Positions 11,908-21,727 of a stretch of DNA of 64,000 nucleotides are shown piece after piece. The stretch covers positions 671 to 64,670 of the forward strand of contig JBDGYA010000032.1 in the NCBI GenBank assembly GCA_039584325.1, in the 5' to 3' direction. The DNA comes from Gemmatimonadota bacterium. Lineage in GTDB: Bacteria; Gemmatimonadota; Gemmatimonadetes; Gemmatimonadales; GWC2-71-9. Under the pieces are notes generated by a model, which saw nothing but the letters and a program-made list of their open reading frames with translations, did not search any database and was not told the DNA's origin. Both the position numbers and the translations under genes were made by a program. How positions within the stretch are numbered: the first letter of the stretch is position 1; every line of letters begins with the position of its first letter.

Positions 11908-12473
11908 ACGAGAGCGCGCGTCGTCTTTGCGAAGCGCCGGATAATCAGTCCGGCGAACAACAGCTTGACCACATCCAGTAGCAGGAACGGCACCGATCCC
12001 AGAGCAACGGCCGTCCGGACATCACCACTCAGAATCGCGAGTTGGGCAATGCCGCCCGCATGGATCACCGCCAGCCCACCGATGAGCCCAAGCGCGATAG
12101 CTCCCCAGGAGCGACCACGTCCCGCGAGGACGCCGACGACCGCAGCCGCCAGCGGATACGCCAGCAGGTATCCCCCCGTGGGGCCGAACAGCCGCGCGAG
12201 CCCGGGCACGCCGGTCGGGGCGAACACCGGCAATCCGGCCGCGCCGATGGCGAGGTACAGGCCCATGCTCAGCGCACCGAGACGAGGACCGAGCAGCCCG
12301 CCGACGATCAGCACCGCCGGGACCTGCAGGGTGACAGGCACCGGCGTACCGGGCAACGGCACGGCGAACTGGGCGCTCACGGCGACCAGCGCCGCGCCGA
12401 GCGCGACCGCGAGGGCACGGCGCGCGACGGCGCCTGGGGTCATGACGAGCCGGGCAGTCTTGATCTGCTCCAT
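11904..12473 (-). CDS. bioY: Biotin transporter BioY
   Basis: PVPVTLQ, GLPVFA and GPTGGYL motifs. Confidence 0.92.
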   Translation of the reverse strand: MEQIKTARLVMTPGAVARRALAVALGAALVAVSAQFAVPLPGTPVPVTLQVPAVLIVGGLLGPRLGALSMGLYLAIGAAGLPVFAPTGVPGLARLFGPTGGYLLAYPLAAAVVGVLAGRGRSWGAIALGLIGGLAVIHAGGIAQLAILSGDVRTAVALGSVPFLLLDVVKLLFAGLIIRRFAKTTRALV

Positions 12474-13664
12474 CTACGCACGCTCCACGCTGAGGGCGAC
12501 GGCATTGCCGCCACCGAGGCACAGGGTTGCCAACCCCGTCGACGCATCCCGGTCCTGCATACCGTACAGCAGCGTCGTGAGGATTCTCGCGCCGCTCGCG
12601 CCGATGGGATGTCCGAGGGCAACCGCCCCGCCGTGCACGTTCACCCGGTCCCAGTCCCAGCCCAGCCCCCGCCCATCGGCGAGCGCCTGCACGGCAAATG
12701 CCTCGTTGGCTTCGATCAGATCGTACGAGTCGATCTTCGTTCCGGTCTTGGACATGAGCTGCTCCACCGCCCTGATGGGAGCGAAGAAGAGCTCCTTCGG
12801 CGGACCGCCCGCGCTGGTGTAGCCGGTAATGCGTGCGACGATCGTCAGTCCATTGGCCTCGGCAAACGCCTCGGACGTCACCACGATCGCGCTGCCACCG
12901 TCGTTCAGGCCCGGTGCGTTGCCGGCCGTCACGCTCCCGTCCTTCTGGAACGCCGGCCTCAGCTTGCCCAGCGCCTCGACCGACGTGTCCTTGCGCGGAC
13001 CCTCGTCCGTGTCAACGATCGTGACCTTGCCCTTGCGACCGGGTACCTCCACGGGCACGATCTCTTCGGTGAACTTGCCGCCGTCGATTGCCGCCACGGC
13101 CTTTTGATGGCTGTCGAACGCGAACTGGTCCTGCTCCTCACGCGTGATGCCGGCCTTGTCGGCCGTGTACTCCGCGTAGGAGCCCATCACGTTGTCACCG
13201 AACGAGCACCACAGGCCGTCGAACTGCAGTCCGTCCACGATCTTGTGGTCGCCGTACTTCACGCCCGTGCGCAGCCCGTACAGGTAGTGCGGGGCATTCG
13301 ACATAGACTCCATCCCGCCGGCCACCATGCAGTGCGCATCGCCCGCCTTGATCGCCTGGGCGCCGAGCATCACGGCCTTCAGACCGGAACCGCACACTTT
13401 GTTCACCGTCAACGCCGGCGTGTCGTCGGGAATCCCACCATGGATGGCGGCCTGGCGCGCCGGCGCCTGGCCCGCGCCGCCTTGGACGACCATTCCCATG
13501 ATGACTTCCTCGACGGCCCCGCCGTCGATTCCGGATCGCTTTACCGCCTCTTGTACCGCGATGGCGCCGAGCCGCGTAGCTGGCAGCGGCGACAGGCCAC
13601 CGAGAAACCTCCCGACGGGGGTCCTGGCGGCGCTGATGATGACAGGGGTCGTATCCTTACTCAC
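12474..13664 (-). CDS. atoB: Acetyl-CoA C-acetyltransferase (thiolase)
   Basis: NKVCGSG, GGMESMS, NEAFA, GHPIGASG and LCLGGG motifs; GTG start at 13664 after GAGGAG. Confidence 0.93.
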   Translation of the reverse strand: MSKDTTPVIISAARTPVGRFLGGLSPLPATRLGAIAVQEAVKRSGIDGGAVEEVIMGMVVQGGAGQAPARQAAIHGGIPDDTPALTVNKVCGSGLKAVMLGAQAIKAGDAHCMVAGGMESMSNAPHYLYGLRTGVKYGDHKIVDGLQFDGLWCSFGDNVMGSYAEYTADKAGITREEQDQFAFDSHQKAVAAIDGGKFTEEIVPVEVPGRKGKVTIVDTDEGPRKDTSVEALGKLRPAFQKDGSVTAGNAPGLNDGGSAIVVTSEAFAEANGLTIVARITGYTSAGGPPKELFFAPIRAVEQLMSKTGTKIDSYDLIEANEAFAVQALADGRGLGWDWDRVNVHGGAVALGHPIGASGARILTTLLYGMQDRDASTGLATLCLGGGNAVALSVERA

Positions 13665-13732
13665 GGTTGGCTCCTCCCCTCGTTCCCCTCGCTCCCGAGG
13701 AATGTCAGACCTCCGGCCCTGCATTCCGACTC

Positions 13733-13761
13733 AAGTTAACGGTCTGGTAGGGGGGGCTCAA
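13733..13761 (-). promoter_or_regulatory. Putative sigma70 promoter of the thiolase operon
   Basis: TTGAGC-N17-TAACTT on the minus strand. Confidence 0.5.
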
Positions 13762-13764
13762 GAA

Positions 13765-13806
13765 CGATCGCGGGGGCGGCGGCGCGTTGGCCGCCCCCGA
13801 CGATCG
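13765..13806 (-). terminator. Putative intrinsic terminator after thrS
   Basis: CGATCG-CGGGGGCGGC ... GCCGCCCCCG-A-CGATCG stem, followed by TTCTT on the minus strand. Confidence 0.55.
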
Positions 13807-13822
13807 GGGTGATGCGTGGCCG

Positions 13823-15769
13823 CTACGCCAGCTCCAGCGCGCGGGTCTGGATGAGGTCGGTCACCCGCTGCTCGAAGGTCTCGACCGCCACGACGTCCTG
13901 CTTCTTGCCGGCACCGCGCACGCGAACGGCCACGGTACCGTTCTCCACTTCGCGCTTCCCGACGACGGCCATGAACGGCACCTTCGCCATCTCCGCGTCC
14001 CGGATCCGGTAGTTGAGCGTCTCGCTGCGGTCGTCGACGTGCACGCGGATCCCGCTGGCCCGATACCGATCGGCGATCTCCCACGCCGCGGCGGCCTGCT
14101 CGTCGGTGATGGGGACCACCCGGACTTGCTCCGGCGCGATCCACACCGGAAAGGCGCCGGTGAAGTGCTCGATCAGGCACCCGACGAACCGCTCGATGGT
14201 GCCGAGGATGGCTCGGTGGATCATGACGGGCTGATGCGGGCGATTGTCGGCGCCCGTATACTCGAGCTGGAAGCGCTCCGGCAGCTGGTAGTCGAGCTGG
14301 ATGGTCGTGCCCTGCCACTCGCGCCCGATCGCGTCGCGCAGCTTGATGTCGATCTTCGGACCGTAGAACGCACCGCCGCCCTCATCGACGCCGAACGTGA
14401 CCTTGCGCCTCTCGAGCGCCCGTCTGAGCGCCCGCTCCGCGTGCTCCCACTGCGCGTCGTCGCCGATCTTCTTCTCGGGCCGGGTCGCGAGGTCGATGCG
14501 ATACTCGAAGCCGAACGTCCGGGACAACACCAGGTCGGTGAGATCGAGCATGCGGTAGATCTCGTCCTCGATCTGGTCTTCCCGGCAGAAGACGTGCGCG
14601 TCGTCCATGGTGAGGCCCCGGACCCGCAGCAGGCCGTGCAGCGTACCCGACAGCTCGTTGCGGTACACGCTCGCGATCTCGGCCAGCCGGACCGGCAGGT
14701 CGCGGTACGACCGCTGGCGGGCCGCATAGATCAGCGTGTGCATCGGGCAGTTCATCGGCTTCACGCGGTAGCGCACATCCTCCGCGTCACCGGTGGCCGG
14801 CGCCATGGGCGGGAATTGCTGCTCGCCGTACATCGGCAGGTGGCCCGAGCGCACGAAGAGGTCTTCCCGGGTGATATGCGGCGTGTAGACGAACTCGTAG
14901 CCCTGCTTGAGCAGCTCGTCCTCGATGAAGCGGCGCAGCTCGAACTGCAGCGTCGCCCCCTTGGGATGCCACAGAATCATGCCGGGGCCGACGTCCTCCT
15001 GGACGGAGAACAGGTCCAGCTGCTTCCCCAGCGTGCGGTGATCCCGGCGCTCAGCCTCCTCGAGCCGGCGGAGGTAGTCCTCCAGCTCCTGCTTCGAGAA
15101 CCACGCCGTCCCGTAGATGCGCTGGAGCATCTGGCGCCGCGAATCGCCGCGCCAGTACGCACCGGCCGCGTGCAACAGCTTGAAGTGCCTGATCCGTCCC
15201 GTGCTCGGCAGGTGCGGGCCGCGGCACAGGTCGACGAACGGGCCGTCGGAATACACTGAGATGACCTCGTCGTCGCCGAACTCCTCGAGACGCTCGAGCT
15301 TGAGCGGGTCGTCCGTGAAGCGCGTCCGTCCCTCCTCCTGCGCGACCTCTTCCCGCACGAACGGGTAGTCCGCCGCGGTCACTTCATGCATCTTCTCTTC
15401 GATCGCGGCGAGGTCGTCGGGGGTGAAGGGACGCGGCACCTCGAAGTCGTAGTAGAACCCGTCCTCAATCGGCGGCCCGAACCCGATGTTCGCCTCGGGG
15501 AATAGCGCCCGCACCGCGGTCGCGAGCACGTGGGCCGTCGAGTGGCGCAGCACGTCGAGGGCCTCGGGGTCGCGGTCGGTGAGCAACTGGAAGGCGGCGT
15601 CGCCCGCCAGCGGCCGGTCGAGATCCCGGATCTCCCCGTCCACACGCGCCGCGACGGCGGCGCGGGCCAGACGCGGACCGATGGATTCGGCCACCGCACG
15701 CGGGGTCGTCCCGGCGGGCTCCGAGCGGACGGAGCCGTCGGGAAGCGTGAGCTGTATCTGGTCAGGCAT
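13823..15769 (-). CDS. thrS: Threonine--tRNA ligase
   Basis: TGS domain; RHSTAH, DLCRGPH, GAYWRGD, RDHR, KPMNCP and GAFYGPKID motifs. Confidence 0.98.
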   Translation of the reverse strand: MPDQIQLTLPDGSVRSEPAGTTPRAVAESIGPRLARAAVAARVDGEIRDLDRPLAGDAAFQLLTDRDPEALDVLRHSTAHVLATAVRALFPEANIGFGPPIEDGFYYDFEVPRPFTPDDLAAIEEKMHEVTAADYPFVREEVAQEEGRTRFTDDPLKLERLEEFGDDEVISVYSDGPFVDLCRGPHLPSTGRIRHFKLLHAAGAYWRGDSRRQMLQRIYGTAWFSKQELEDYLRRLEEAERRDHRTLGKQLDLFSVQEDVGPGMILWHPKGATLQFELRRFIEDELLKQGYEFVYTPHITREDLFVRSGHLPMYGEQQFPPMAPATGDAEDVRYRVKPMNCPMHTLIYAARQRSYRDLPVRLAEIASVYRNELSGTLHGLLRVRGLTMDDAHVFCREDQIEDEIYRMLDLTDLVLSRTFGFEYRIDLATRPEKKIGDDAQWEHAERALRRALERRKVTFGVDEGGGAFYGPKIDIKLRDAIGREWQGTTIQLDYQLPERFQLEYTGADNRPHQPVMIHRAILGTIERFVGCLIEHFTGAFPVWIAPEQVRVVPITDEQAAAAWEIADRYRASGIRVHVDDRSETLNYRIRDAEMAKVPFMAVVGKREVENGTVAVRVRGAGKKQDVVAVETFEQRVTDLIQTRALELA

Positions 15770-15850
15770 GCGCGACAGTTGGGTGGGCGAGCCGCAAATT
15801 GTGGTAGATTCTGCGTACGTGTCCGTATACCAGAGAATTCCATTCAATCT

Positions 15851-15856
15851 TATAAT
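15851..15856 (+). promoter_or_regulatory. Consensus -10 box (TATAAT), probable leaderless promoter
   Basis: TATAAT lies 6 nt before ATG 15863 in an AT-rich divergent intergenic region; no SD. Confidence 0.5.
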
Positions 15857-15862
15857 TGTACT

Positions 15863-16330
15863 ATGGACAGAGTACGGGTGCTACGGGGCGGGCGCTTCGT
15901 CGACGCAGATCGGGAGGACCACGACGTGCTGGGTGTCGTGGTCTCGGCCGTCGCCGGCGTGGCGCTCGGGCTGCTCGCGGGTCTCGCCACCAGCCAGTTC
16001 TTCTCGGAGGTGAGCCCCCGCCACGTCAGCGGCGCCGTGAAGCGGATCGGACGGCGCTCGTCGTCGCGTGACGCCAAGCCCTCGGACACCCTCGAGCGAG
16101 CGGTGAACGGGGCGCTCGACGAGAACCCCAAGACGCGGCAACTCAATGTCCGGGCCCATGCGCTCTCCGACGGCATCGTCGAGCTGGTCGGCACCGCCCC
16201 CGACCGCGACGCCCGCGCGGTCGCCGGCATCGTGGCCCGCGGCGCCCTCGACGACGCGGTCATCGTGAACCGCATCCTCGTCGAAGGCGAGGACGTCCCT
16301 CGGCGCCCGTCCGCCCCACGGGCAGGGTGA
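15863..16330 (+). CDS. Membrane-anchored BON domain protein
   Basis: Hydrophobic helix VLGVVVSAVAGVALGLLAG, then BON-like LERAVNGAL...LNVRAHA..DGIVELVG...IVNRILV. Confidence 0.75.
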   Translation: MDRVRVLRGGRFVDADREDHDVLGVVVSAVAGVALGLLAGLATSQFFSEVSPRHVSGAVKRIGRRSSSRDAKPSDTLERAVNGALDENPKTRQLNVRAHALSDGIVELVGTAPDRDARAVAGIVARGALDDAVIVNRILVEGEDVPRRPSAPRAG

Positions 16331-16394
16331 CCGTCCTGCGAGCGCCAGGCGTCGCCGCCCCGCTCGAGACCGCTTCGCCGCCGACACCGCCCCT

Positions 16395-19085
16395 ATGACC
16401 AAGACGACGGAACTCGCGCCGAAATACGATCCCGCTGCCATCGAGCACGGGATCTACGGCCGCTGGGTCGATGGCGACATCTTCGCGGCCGACGTCGCGT
16501 CCGAGCGCGATCCGTACGTGATCGTCATCCCCCCACCCAACGTCACGTCGGTCCTACACATGGGGCACGGCCTGAACAACACGATCCAGGACGTGCTGAT
16601 CCGGTACGAGCGGATGCGCGGTCGGGAGGCCCTGTGGCTGCCCGGCACCGACCATGCCGGCATCGCGACGCAGAACGTGGTCGAGCGCAAGCTGGCCGCC
16701 GAAGGCAAACGACGGCAGGATCTCGGGCGGCAGGCATTCGTGGAGCGCGTCTGGGAGCACGTCCGGGAGACCGGCGGGACGATCCTCGACCAGCTCAAGG
16801 CCATCGGGTGCTCGTGTGACTGGAGCCGCACCCGGTTCACGCTGGACGACGGGTACAGCACCGCCGTGCGCCGCGTGTTCGTGCAGCTGTACGAGGACGG
16901 ACTGATCTACCGCGGCCACCGCGTGATCCACTGGTGCCCCCGCTGCCTGACATCACTGTCTGACGAGGAGGCGGAGTTCCGGGAACGGGATGATCACTTG
17001 TACTACATCCGGTATCCCTGGGCGGATGCGGGCGGCGGAACGGCGGACGGCGTCGTCGTCGCGACCACCCGGCCCGAAACGATGTTCGGTGACGTGTGCC
17101 TGGTCAGCCATCCCGAGGATGAGCGGTTCACCGACCTCACGGGCCGCATCGTGGCCATCCCGCTCTCCGGGGTCGCGATCCCGATCGAGCACAGCACGGC
17201 GGTCGAGCGCGATTTCGGTACGGGCATGCTGAAGGTGACACCCGCGCACGACCCGAACGACTTCGACATCGCCGCGGCGCTACAAACGGAATACGACACG
17301 CCCGACACGATGACGCCGGACGCCCGCATGGCGGACGTACCGCGTGTTCCGGAAGCGCTGCGCGGGATGGACCGCGGGGACGCCCGCATGCGCATCGTCG
17401 AGCTGCTGGAAGCCGAGGGTCTCTTGGTGAAGGTCGAGCCGTACCGCCATGCGGTGCGCCACTGCTATCGCTGCCACACCATCGTCGAGCCGCGTCTCTC
17501 GGATCAGTGGTTCGTGCGCATGCGTCCCTTGGCGCAGCCTGCACTCGAGGCGTACCGCAACGGATCCCTCACGTTCGTGCCGGACCGATGGGGCAAGGTG
17601 TACGAGAACTGGCTGGTGGAGATCCGCGACTGGAACATTTCGCGGCAGTTGTGGTGGGGTCACCGCATTCCCGCGTGGTACTGCGACGAGGACGGCTGCG
17701 ACCACATCACGGTGGCAGAGGAAACGCCCCAGTCGTGCGGCGCGTGCGGCGGTGCGGTGCGCCAGGACGAGGACGTGCTGGACACGTGGTTCTCGTCGTG
17801 GCTGTGGCCGTTCGCGACGATGGGCTGGCCCGAGCACACGCCTGACCTCGAGCGGTTCTATCCCGGGCACACGCTGGTGACGGGGCCGGACATCATCTTC
17901 TTCTGGGTCGCGCGAATGGTGATGGCCGGCTACCACTTCATCGCCGACCGGCCGTTCGAGACGGTGTACATGAACGGCATCGTCCGCGATCCGCAGTACC
18001 GCGCATTCTCGAAGTCGCTGGGCAACGGCATCGACCCGCTGGACGTGGTGGAGCTGTATGGAGCGGACGCGCTGCGATTCACTATCGTCGCCGGTGCCGC
18101 CGCCGGCACGGACGTGATCATGGATCGCACTGATCTCGACGCGACGTTCGCCGCGGGGCGCAACTTCGCGAACAAGCTGTGGAACGTCGGCCGGCTGATC
18201 CTATCGAACTTGTCCGAGGCGCCGGTCCCCGTCGAATCGCTCGACCGGTCCGGCCTCGAGCTCGCGGATCGGTGGATCCTGGCCCGCTGTCAGCGCGTGA
18301 TTCGCGAGGCGACGACCGCGCTGGACCGCATGCGGCTCAACGACGCCGCGAACCTCGTGTACCACTTCTTGTGGGACGAGCTGGCGGACTGGTATCTCGA
18401 GCAGGTCAAGCCGAGGCTGTATGGCAACATGCCCGGCGGCGACGCGGCCCGGAGTATCCTGGTACACGTGTTCGGCACCGCCCTGCAGCTCCTGCATCCG
18501 GTGATGCCGTTCATTACCGAGGAGTTGTGGGGACACCTGCCGTTGGAGCATGGCCGGCTCCTGGCCGGCACCCGGTGGCCCGTGCCCGACCCGTCGTTCG
18601 ACGACGAGGCGGCCGAGGCCGAATTCGGTCTGGTGCAGGGCGTGGTGAGCGCAGTGCGGACGATCCGCGCGGAGTACCACGTGCCGCCCTCGGCGACGCT
18701 CACGGCGGTGGTGGCGCCGGCGGGCGACACGGCGGCGCGGGCGCTCGCGGCCGAGCGGGACACGATCCACCGATTGGCGAAGCTGGACGCGCTCGAGACG
18801 GAGCGAGAGGCCGAGGGGATCGGCGGACATGCGGTGCTGACAGATGGAACGGCCGTGTTCGTGCCGCTGGGCGACGCGATCGATGTTGCCCGGGAATGCG
18901 CCCGGCTCCGGGAGGAGCTGGTGCGGATCGAGGGCCAGCTCGCCGGGGTGCGCGGCAAGCTCGCGAACGACAACTTCGTGACCCGCGCGCCGGCCGACGT
19001 GGTCGAGCGGGAGCGGGAGAAGGAACGGTCATGGGGCGAGCAGCAGGAGACGCTGGCCGCCAAGCTGCGCGCCTTGGGCTGCTGA
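16395..19085 (+). CDS. valS: Valine--tRNA ligase
   Basis: PPPNVT..LHMGH, DHAGIATQ, DWNISRQLWWGH, DVLDTWFSS and FSKS (KMSKS-like) motifs; C-terminal coiled coil. Confidence 0.98.
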   Translation: MTKTTELAPKYDPAAIEHGIYGRWVDGDIFAADVASERDPYVIVIPPPNVTSVLHMGHGLNNTIQDVLIRYERMRGREALWLPGTDHAGIATQNVVERKLAAEGKRRQDLGRQAFVERVWEHVRETGGTILDQLKAIGCSCDWSRTRFTLDDGYSTAVRRVFVQLYEDGLIYRGHRVIHWCPRCLTSLSDEEAEFRERDDHLYYIRYPWADAGGGTADGVVVATTRPETMFGDVCLVSHPEDERFTDLTGRIVAIPLSGVAIPIEHSTAVERDFGTGMLKVTPAHDPNDFDIAAALQTEYDTPDTMTPDARMADVPRVPEALRGMDRGDARMRIVELLEAEGLLVKVEPYRHAVRHCYRCHTIVEPRLSDQWFVRMRPLAQPALEAYRNGSLTFVPDRWGKVYENWLVEIRDWNISRQLWWGHRIPAWYCDEDGCDHITVAEETPQSCGACGGAVRQDEDVLDTWFSSWLWPFATMGWPEHTPDLERFYPGHTLVTGPDIIFFWVARMVMAGYHFIADRPFETVYMNGIVRDPQYRAFSKSLGNGIDPLDVVELYGADALRFTIVAGAAAGTDVIMDRTDLDATFAAGRNFANKLWNVGRLILSNLSEAPVPVESLDRSGLELADRWILARCQRVIREATTALDRMRLNDAANLVYHFLWDELADWYLEQVKPRLYGNMPGGDAARSILVHVFGTALQLLHPVMPFITEELWGHLPLEHGRLLAGTRWPVPDPSFDDEAAEAEFGLVQGVVSAVRTIRAEYHVPPSATLTAVVAPAGDTAARALAAERDTIHRLAKLDALETEREAEGIGGHAVLTDGTAVFVPLGDAIDVARECARLREELVRIEGQLAGVRGKLANDNFVTRAPADVVEREREKERSWGEQQETLAAKLRALGC

Positions 19086-20260
19086 TCGGCCTGGCCGCCT
19101 GCGCGGTCATCGAGCAGCCGCCTGGCGGCCCGCCCGACTTCGCTCCACCGTTCGTCGCGTCGGTGCGTCCCGACTCCGGTGCCGTCGTGCCCGAGTTCGA
19201 CGAAGCCGTGCGCATCCAGTTCGATGAAGTGATCAGCGAGCAGTCGGGTGGCGGACTCGACAAGCTGGTCGCGTTTTCGCCCCGGTCGGAGCGCCTCAAG
19301 GTCTCCTGGAAGCGCGACGCCATTGAAGTGGAGCCGGACGAGGGCTGGCGCGAGGGCGTGGTCTACCACGTCGTGCTCCTGCCCGGGATCCAGGACCTGC
19401 GGCAGAACCGGATGGAGGAGGGCACGACGATCGTGTTCACGACCGGTGCCGAGATTCCGGACTCCCGGATCTCCGGCACGGTGCTGAATTGGGAGGAGGG
19501 GCGCGTGGGGCAGAACGCGCTCGTCGAGGCCATCCTGCTGCCCGACTCCCTCGTGTACACGACCAGGGCTGACTCGTCGGCCGAGTTCGAGCTGACGCAC
19601 GTCCCCCGCGGCGAGTACCTGCTGGTCGCCACCATCGACGGCAACAACAACCGGGTGCGTGACGCCCGGGAGGCGTTCGACTCCGTCTCCGTCACCCTCG
19701 ACTCACTCGCGTCACAGGTGTTCTGGACCTTCGTGAAGGACACCACCGGACCACAGCTCCGCGACGTGGCCCAGGCCGACAGCAGCACGATCCGGCTGGA
19801 CTTCAACCAGAAGCTGGCCCTCGACGCACCGCAGCAGGCCGCCGTCTCGGTGTGGGAGCTGCCGGACACCGTGCTCGTCCCGATAGACACCGTGTGGGAC
19901 GCCGCCACGTACGACTCCGTCCGGACCGTGGAGCAGGCCGCCCGGGATTCGGCCGCGGCGGACTCGGCGGCCGCCGTCGCAGACACGGCCCAGGCAGCGG
20001 AACCCGCCGAGATCGCCCCGCCGCGCCCAGCCGAGCCGCCGCCTGAAGCGGGAGTGGCGCGGGAAGAGCAGGCCGAGCCGTCCCGCGCAGCCGTGCTGCT
20101 GGAGGAGCGCCCCGCGTTGTCGTCGACGTGGTACATCAGAATGCCGACACCGCTCGGCCCCGGGAGGTACCTCATCGGTGTCACGGCGGCGAACCTCTCG
20201 GATGCCATCGCAGAATCCCAGCGACTGCTGATCGTCGAAGCACCGGCAGACTCCACATGA
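19031..20260 (+). CDS. Ig-like domain lipoprotein
   Basis: Lipobox LIGLAAC, then PPGGPPD..PP.V and IQFDE pattern of bacterial Ig-like (Big_5-type) lipoproteins. Start uncertain because it overlaps the valS end. Confidence 0.72.
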   Translation: MGRAAGDAGRQAARLGLLIGLAACAVIEQPPGGPPDFAPPFVASVRPDSGAVVPEFDEAVRIQFDEVISEQSGGGLDKLVAFSPRSERLKVSWKRDAIEVEPDEGWREGVVYHVVLLPGIQDLRQNRMEEGTTIVFTTGAEIPDSRISGTVLNWEEGRVGQNALVEAILLPDSLVYTTRADSSAEFELTHVPRGEYLLVATIDGNNNRVRDAREAFDSVSVTLDSLASQVFWTFVKDTTGPQLRDVAQADSSTIRLDFNQKLALDAPQQAAVSVWELPDTVLVPIDTVWDAATYDSVRTVEQAARDSAAADSAAAVADTAQAAEPAEIAPPRPAEPPPEAGVAREEQAEPSRAAVLLEERPALSSTWYIRMPTPLGPGRYLIGVTAANLSDAIAESQRLLIVEAPADST

Positions 20261-21594
20261 CCGATCCGCGCCGCCGCCTGCCGTCGGTCAACGCGCTGCT
20301 CGACGCGGCGCGCGAGGCCGGGCTCGATGCGCCGCACGGGGTCATCCTCGCGGCCGTGCGCACCACGCTCGAGCGCGCCCGCGCCTCGGGGTCCGGAGCA
20401 CCGGTGGGGGGCTGGAGCGAGGCCATCCGACGGGAACTCCACCTGCTGACGCAGCCCTCCCTACGCCGCGTCGTGAACGGCACGGGCGTCGTGCTGCACA
20501 CCAACCTGGGGCGGGCGCCGCTCGCCCAGGAGGCTCGGGTGGCCGTCGAGCAGGCCCTCGGGTACAGCACGCTGGAACTCGATCTCGAGGAGGGCCGCCG
20601 CGGCTCGCGTCAACACCACGTGCGTGAGCTGCTGACCGAACTCACGGGTGCCGAGGACGCGCTGGTCGTGAACAACGCCGCCTCCGCCTTGCTGCTCACG
20701 CTGAACGGCCTGGCCGCCGGGGGTGAAACGATCGTGTCCCGCGGTGAGCTGGTCGAGATCGGCGGGTCGTTCCGCATCCCCGAGATCCTCGCGCGGAGCG
20801 GCACCGTGCTCGTCGAGGTGGGCACGACCAATCGCACGCGGCTCCGTGACTACGAGCTGGCCATCTCCCCGCGCACGCGCGCGCTGCTCAAGGTCCACCG
20901 GTCCAACTTCCAGGTGTCCGGGTTCACGGAGGAACCCGGGCTCGATCGGCTCGTGGAGTTCGGCCACGCGCGAGACATTCCGACGGTGCACGACGCGGGG
21001 AGTGGCTTGCTCGTCTCGCTCGAGGCGTTTGGGCTGAGCGGCGAGCCCCTCGTGCGCGACAGCGCCGCCACAGGGGCAATCGTCGTGTTCTCGGCGGACA
21101 AGTTGCTGGGCGGCCCTCAGGCCGGACTGATCGTCGGGCCGCGTGGGATCGTCCGCGCGCTCGCCGACAACCCGTTGGCCCGCGCCTTCCGACCGGACAA
21201 GACCGCCTTCGCCGCGCTGGAGGCGACGCTGCAGCTCTATCGCGACCCGGATGAGGCGTTCCGTCGCGTCCCGGTGCTCGCCATGCTCACCGCATCGGCT
21301 GACGAACTGCGGCGACGAGCGCGGCGGCTGGCCCGACGCCTGCGCGGCGCCCGTCTCGCGCAGGGATCCTCCGCGGTCGGCGGCGGGGCGTTCCCGGAGA
21401 GCGACCTGCCGACCACGCTGGTCACGCTCGAGGTGCCCTCCTGCGAGGCATTCGTGGAGCGGCTGCGCCGGCACGATCCGCCGATCCTCGCCCGGACCAT
21501 CGACGATCGCGTGGCGTTCGACGTGCGCACGCTGTCCGATGACGAGCTGAGCATCGTCGCCGACGCGGCGGAGCAGGCCGGATGGAAGGCCTGA
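20257..21594 (+). CDS. selA: L-seryl-tRNA(Sec) selenium transferase
   Basis: RRLPSV, VNGTGVVLHTNLGRAPL, VSRGELVEIGGSFRIP, EVGTTNRT and FSADKLLGGPQAG motifs. Confidence 0.96.
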   Translation: MTDPRRRLPSVNALLDAAREAGLDAPHGVILAAVRTTLERARASGSGAPVGGWSEAIRRELHLLTQPSLRRVVNGTGVVLHTNLGRAPLAQEARVAVEQALGYSTLELDLEEGRRGSRQHHVRELLTELTGAEDALVVNNAASALLLTLNGLAAGGETIVSRGELVEIGGSFRIPEILARSGTVLVEVGTTNRTRLRDYELAISPRTRALLKVHRSNFQVSGFTEEPGLDRLVEFGHARDIPTVHDAGSGLLVSLEAFGLSGEPLVRDSAATGAIVVFSADKLLGGPQAGLIVGPRGIVRALADNPLARAFRPDKTAFAALEATLQLYRDPDEAFRRVPVLAMLTASADELRRRARRLARRLRGARLAQGSSAVGGGAFPESDLPTTLVTLEVPSCEAFVERLRRHDPPILARTIDDRVAFDVRTLSDDELSIVADAAEQAGWKA

Positions 21595-21727
21595 GGGCGG
21601 AGGGTCGTCACCCGGTGTATGTTCCATTTGGATGGGGTTCCGGACATCGCGTGCGCGCCACGATCGAGCGGTCGCGCCCGGACCCGCCAACCCGCCTGTG
21701 TGGCGGGCGACGTTGACGGAGATCGCC

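Noticed and set aside
21595-21727. Possible ZMP/ZTP (pfl) riboswitch upstream of purN-purH
   Set aside because: The position fits and there is a CCGCCA...TGGCGG hairpin, but the conserved GACUGGCG and CGCCUGGG elements are absent.
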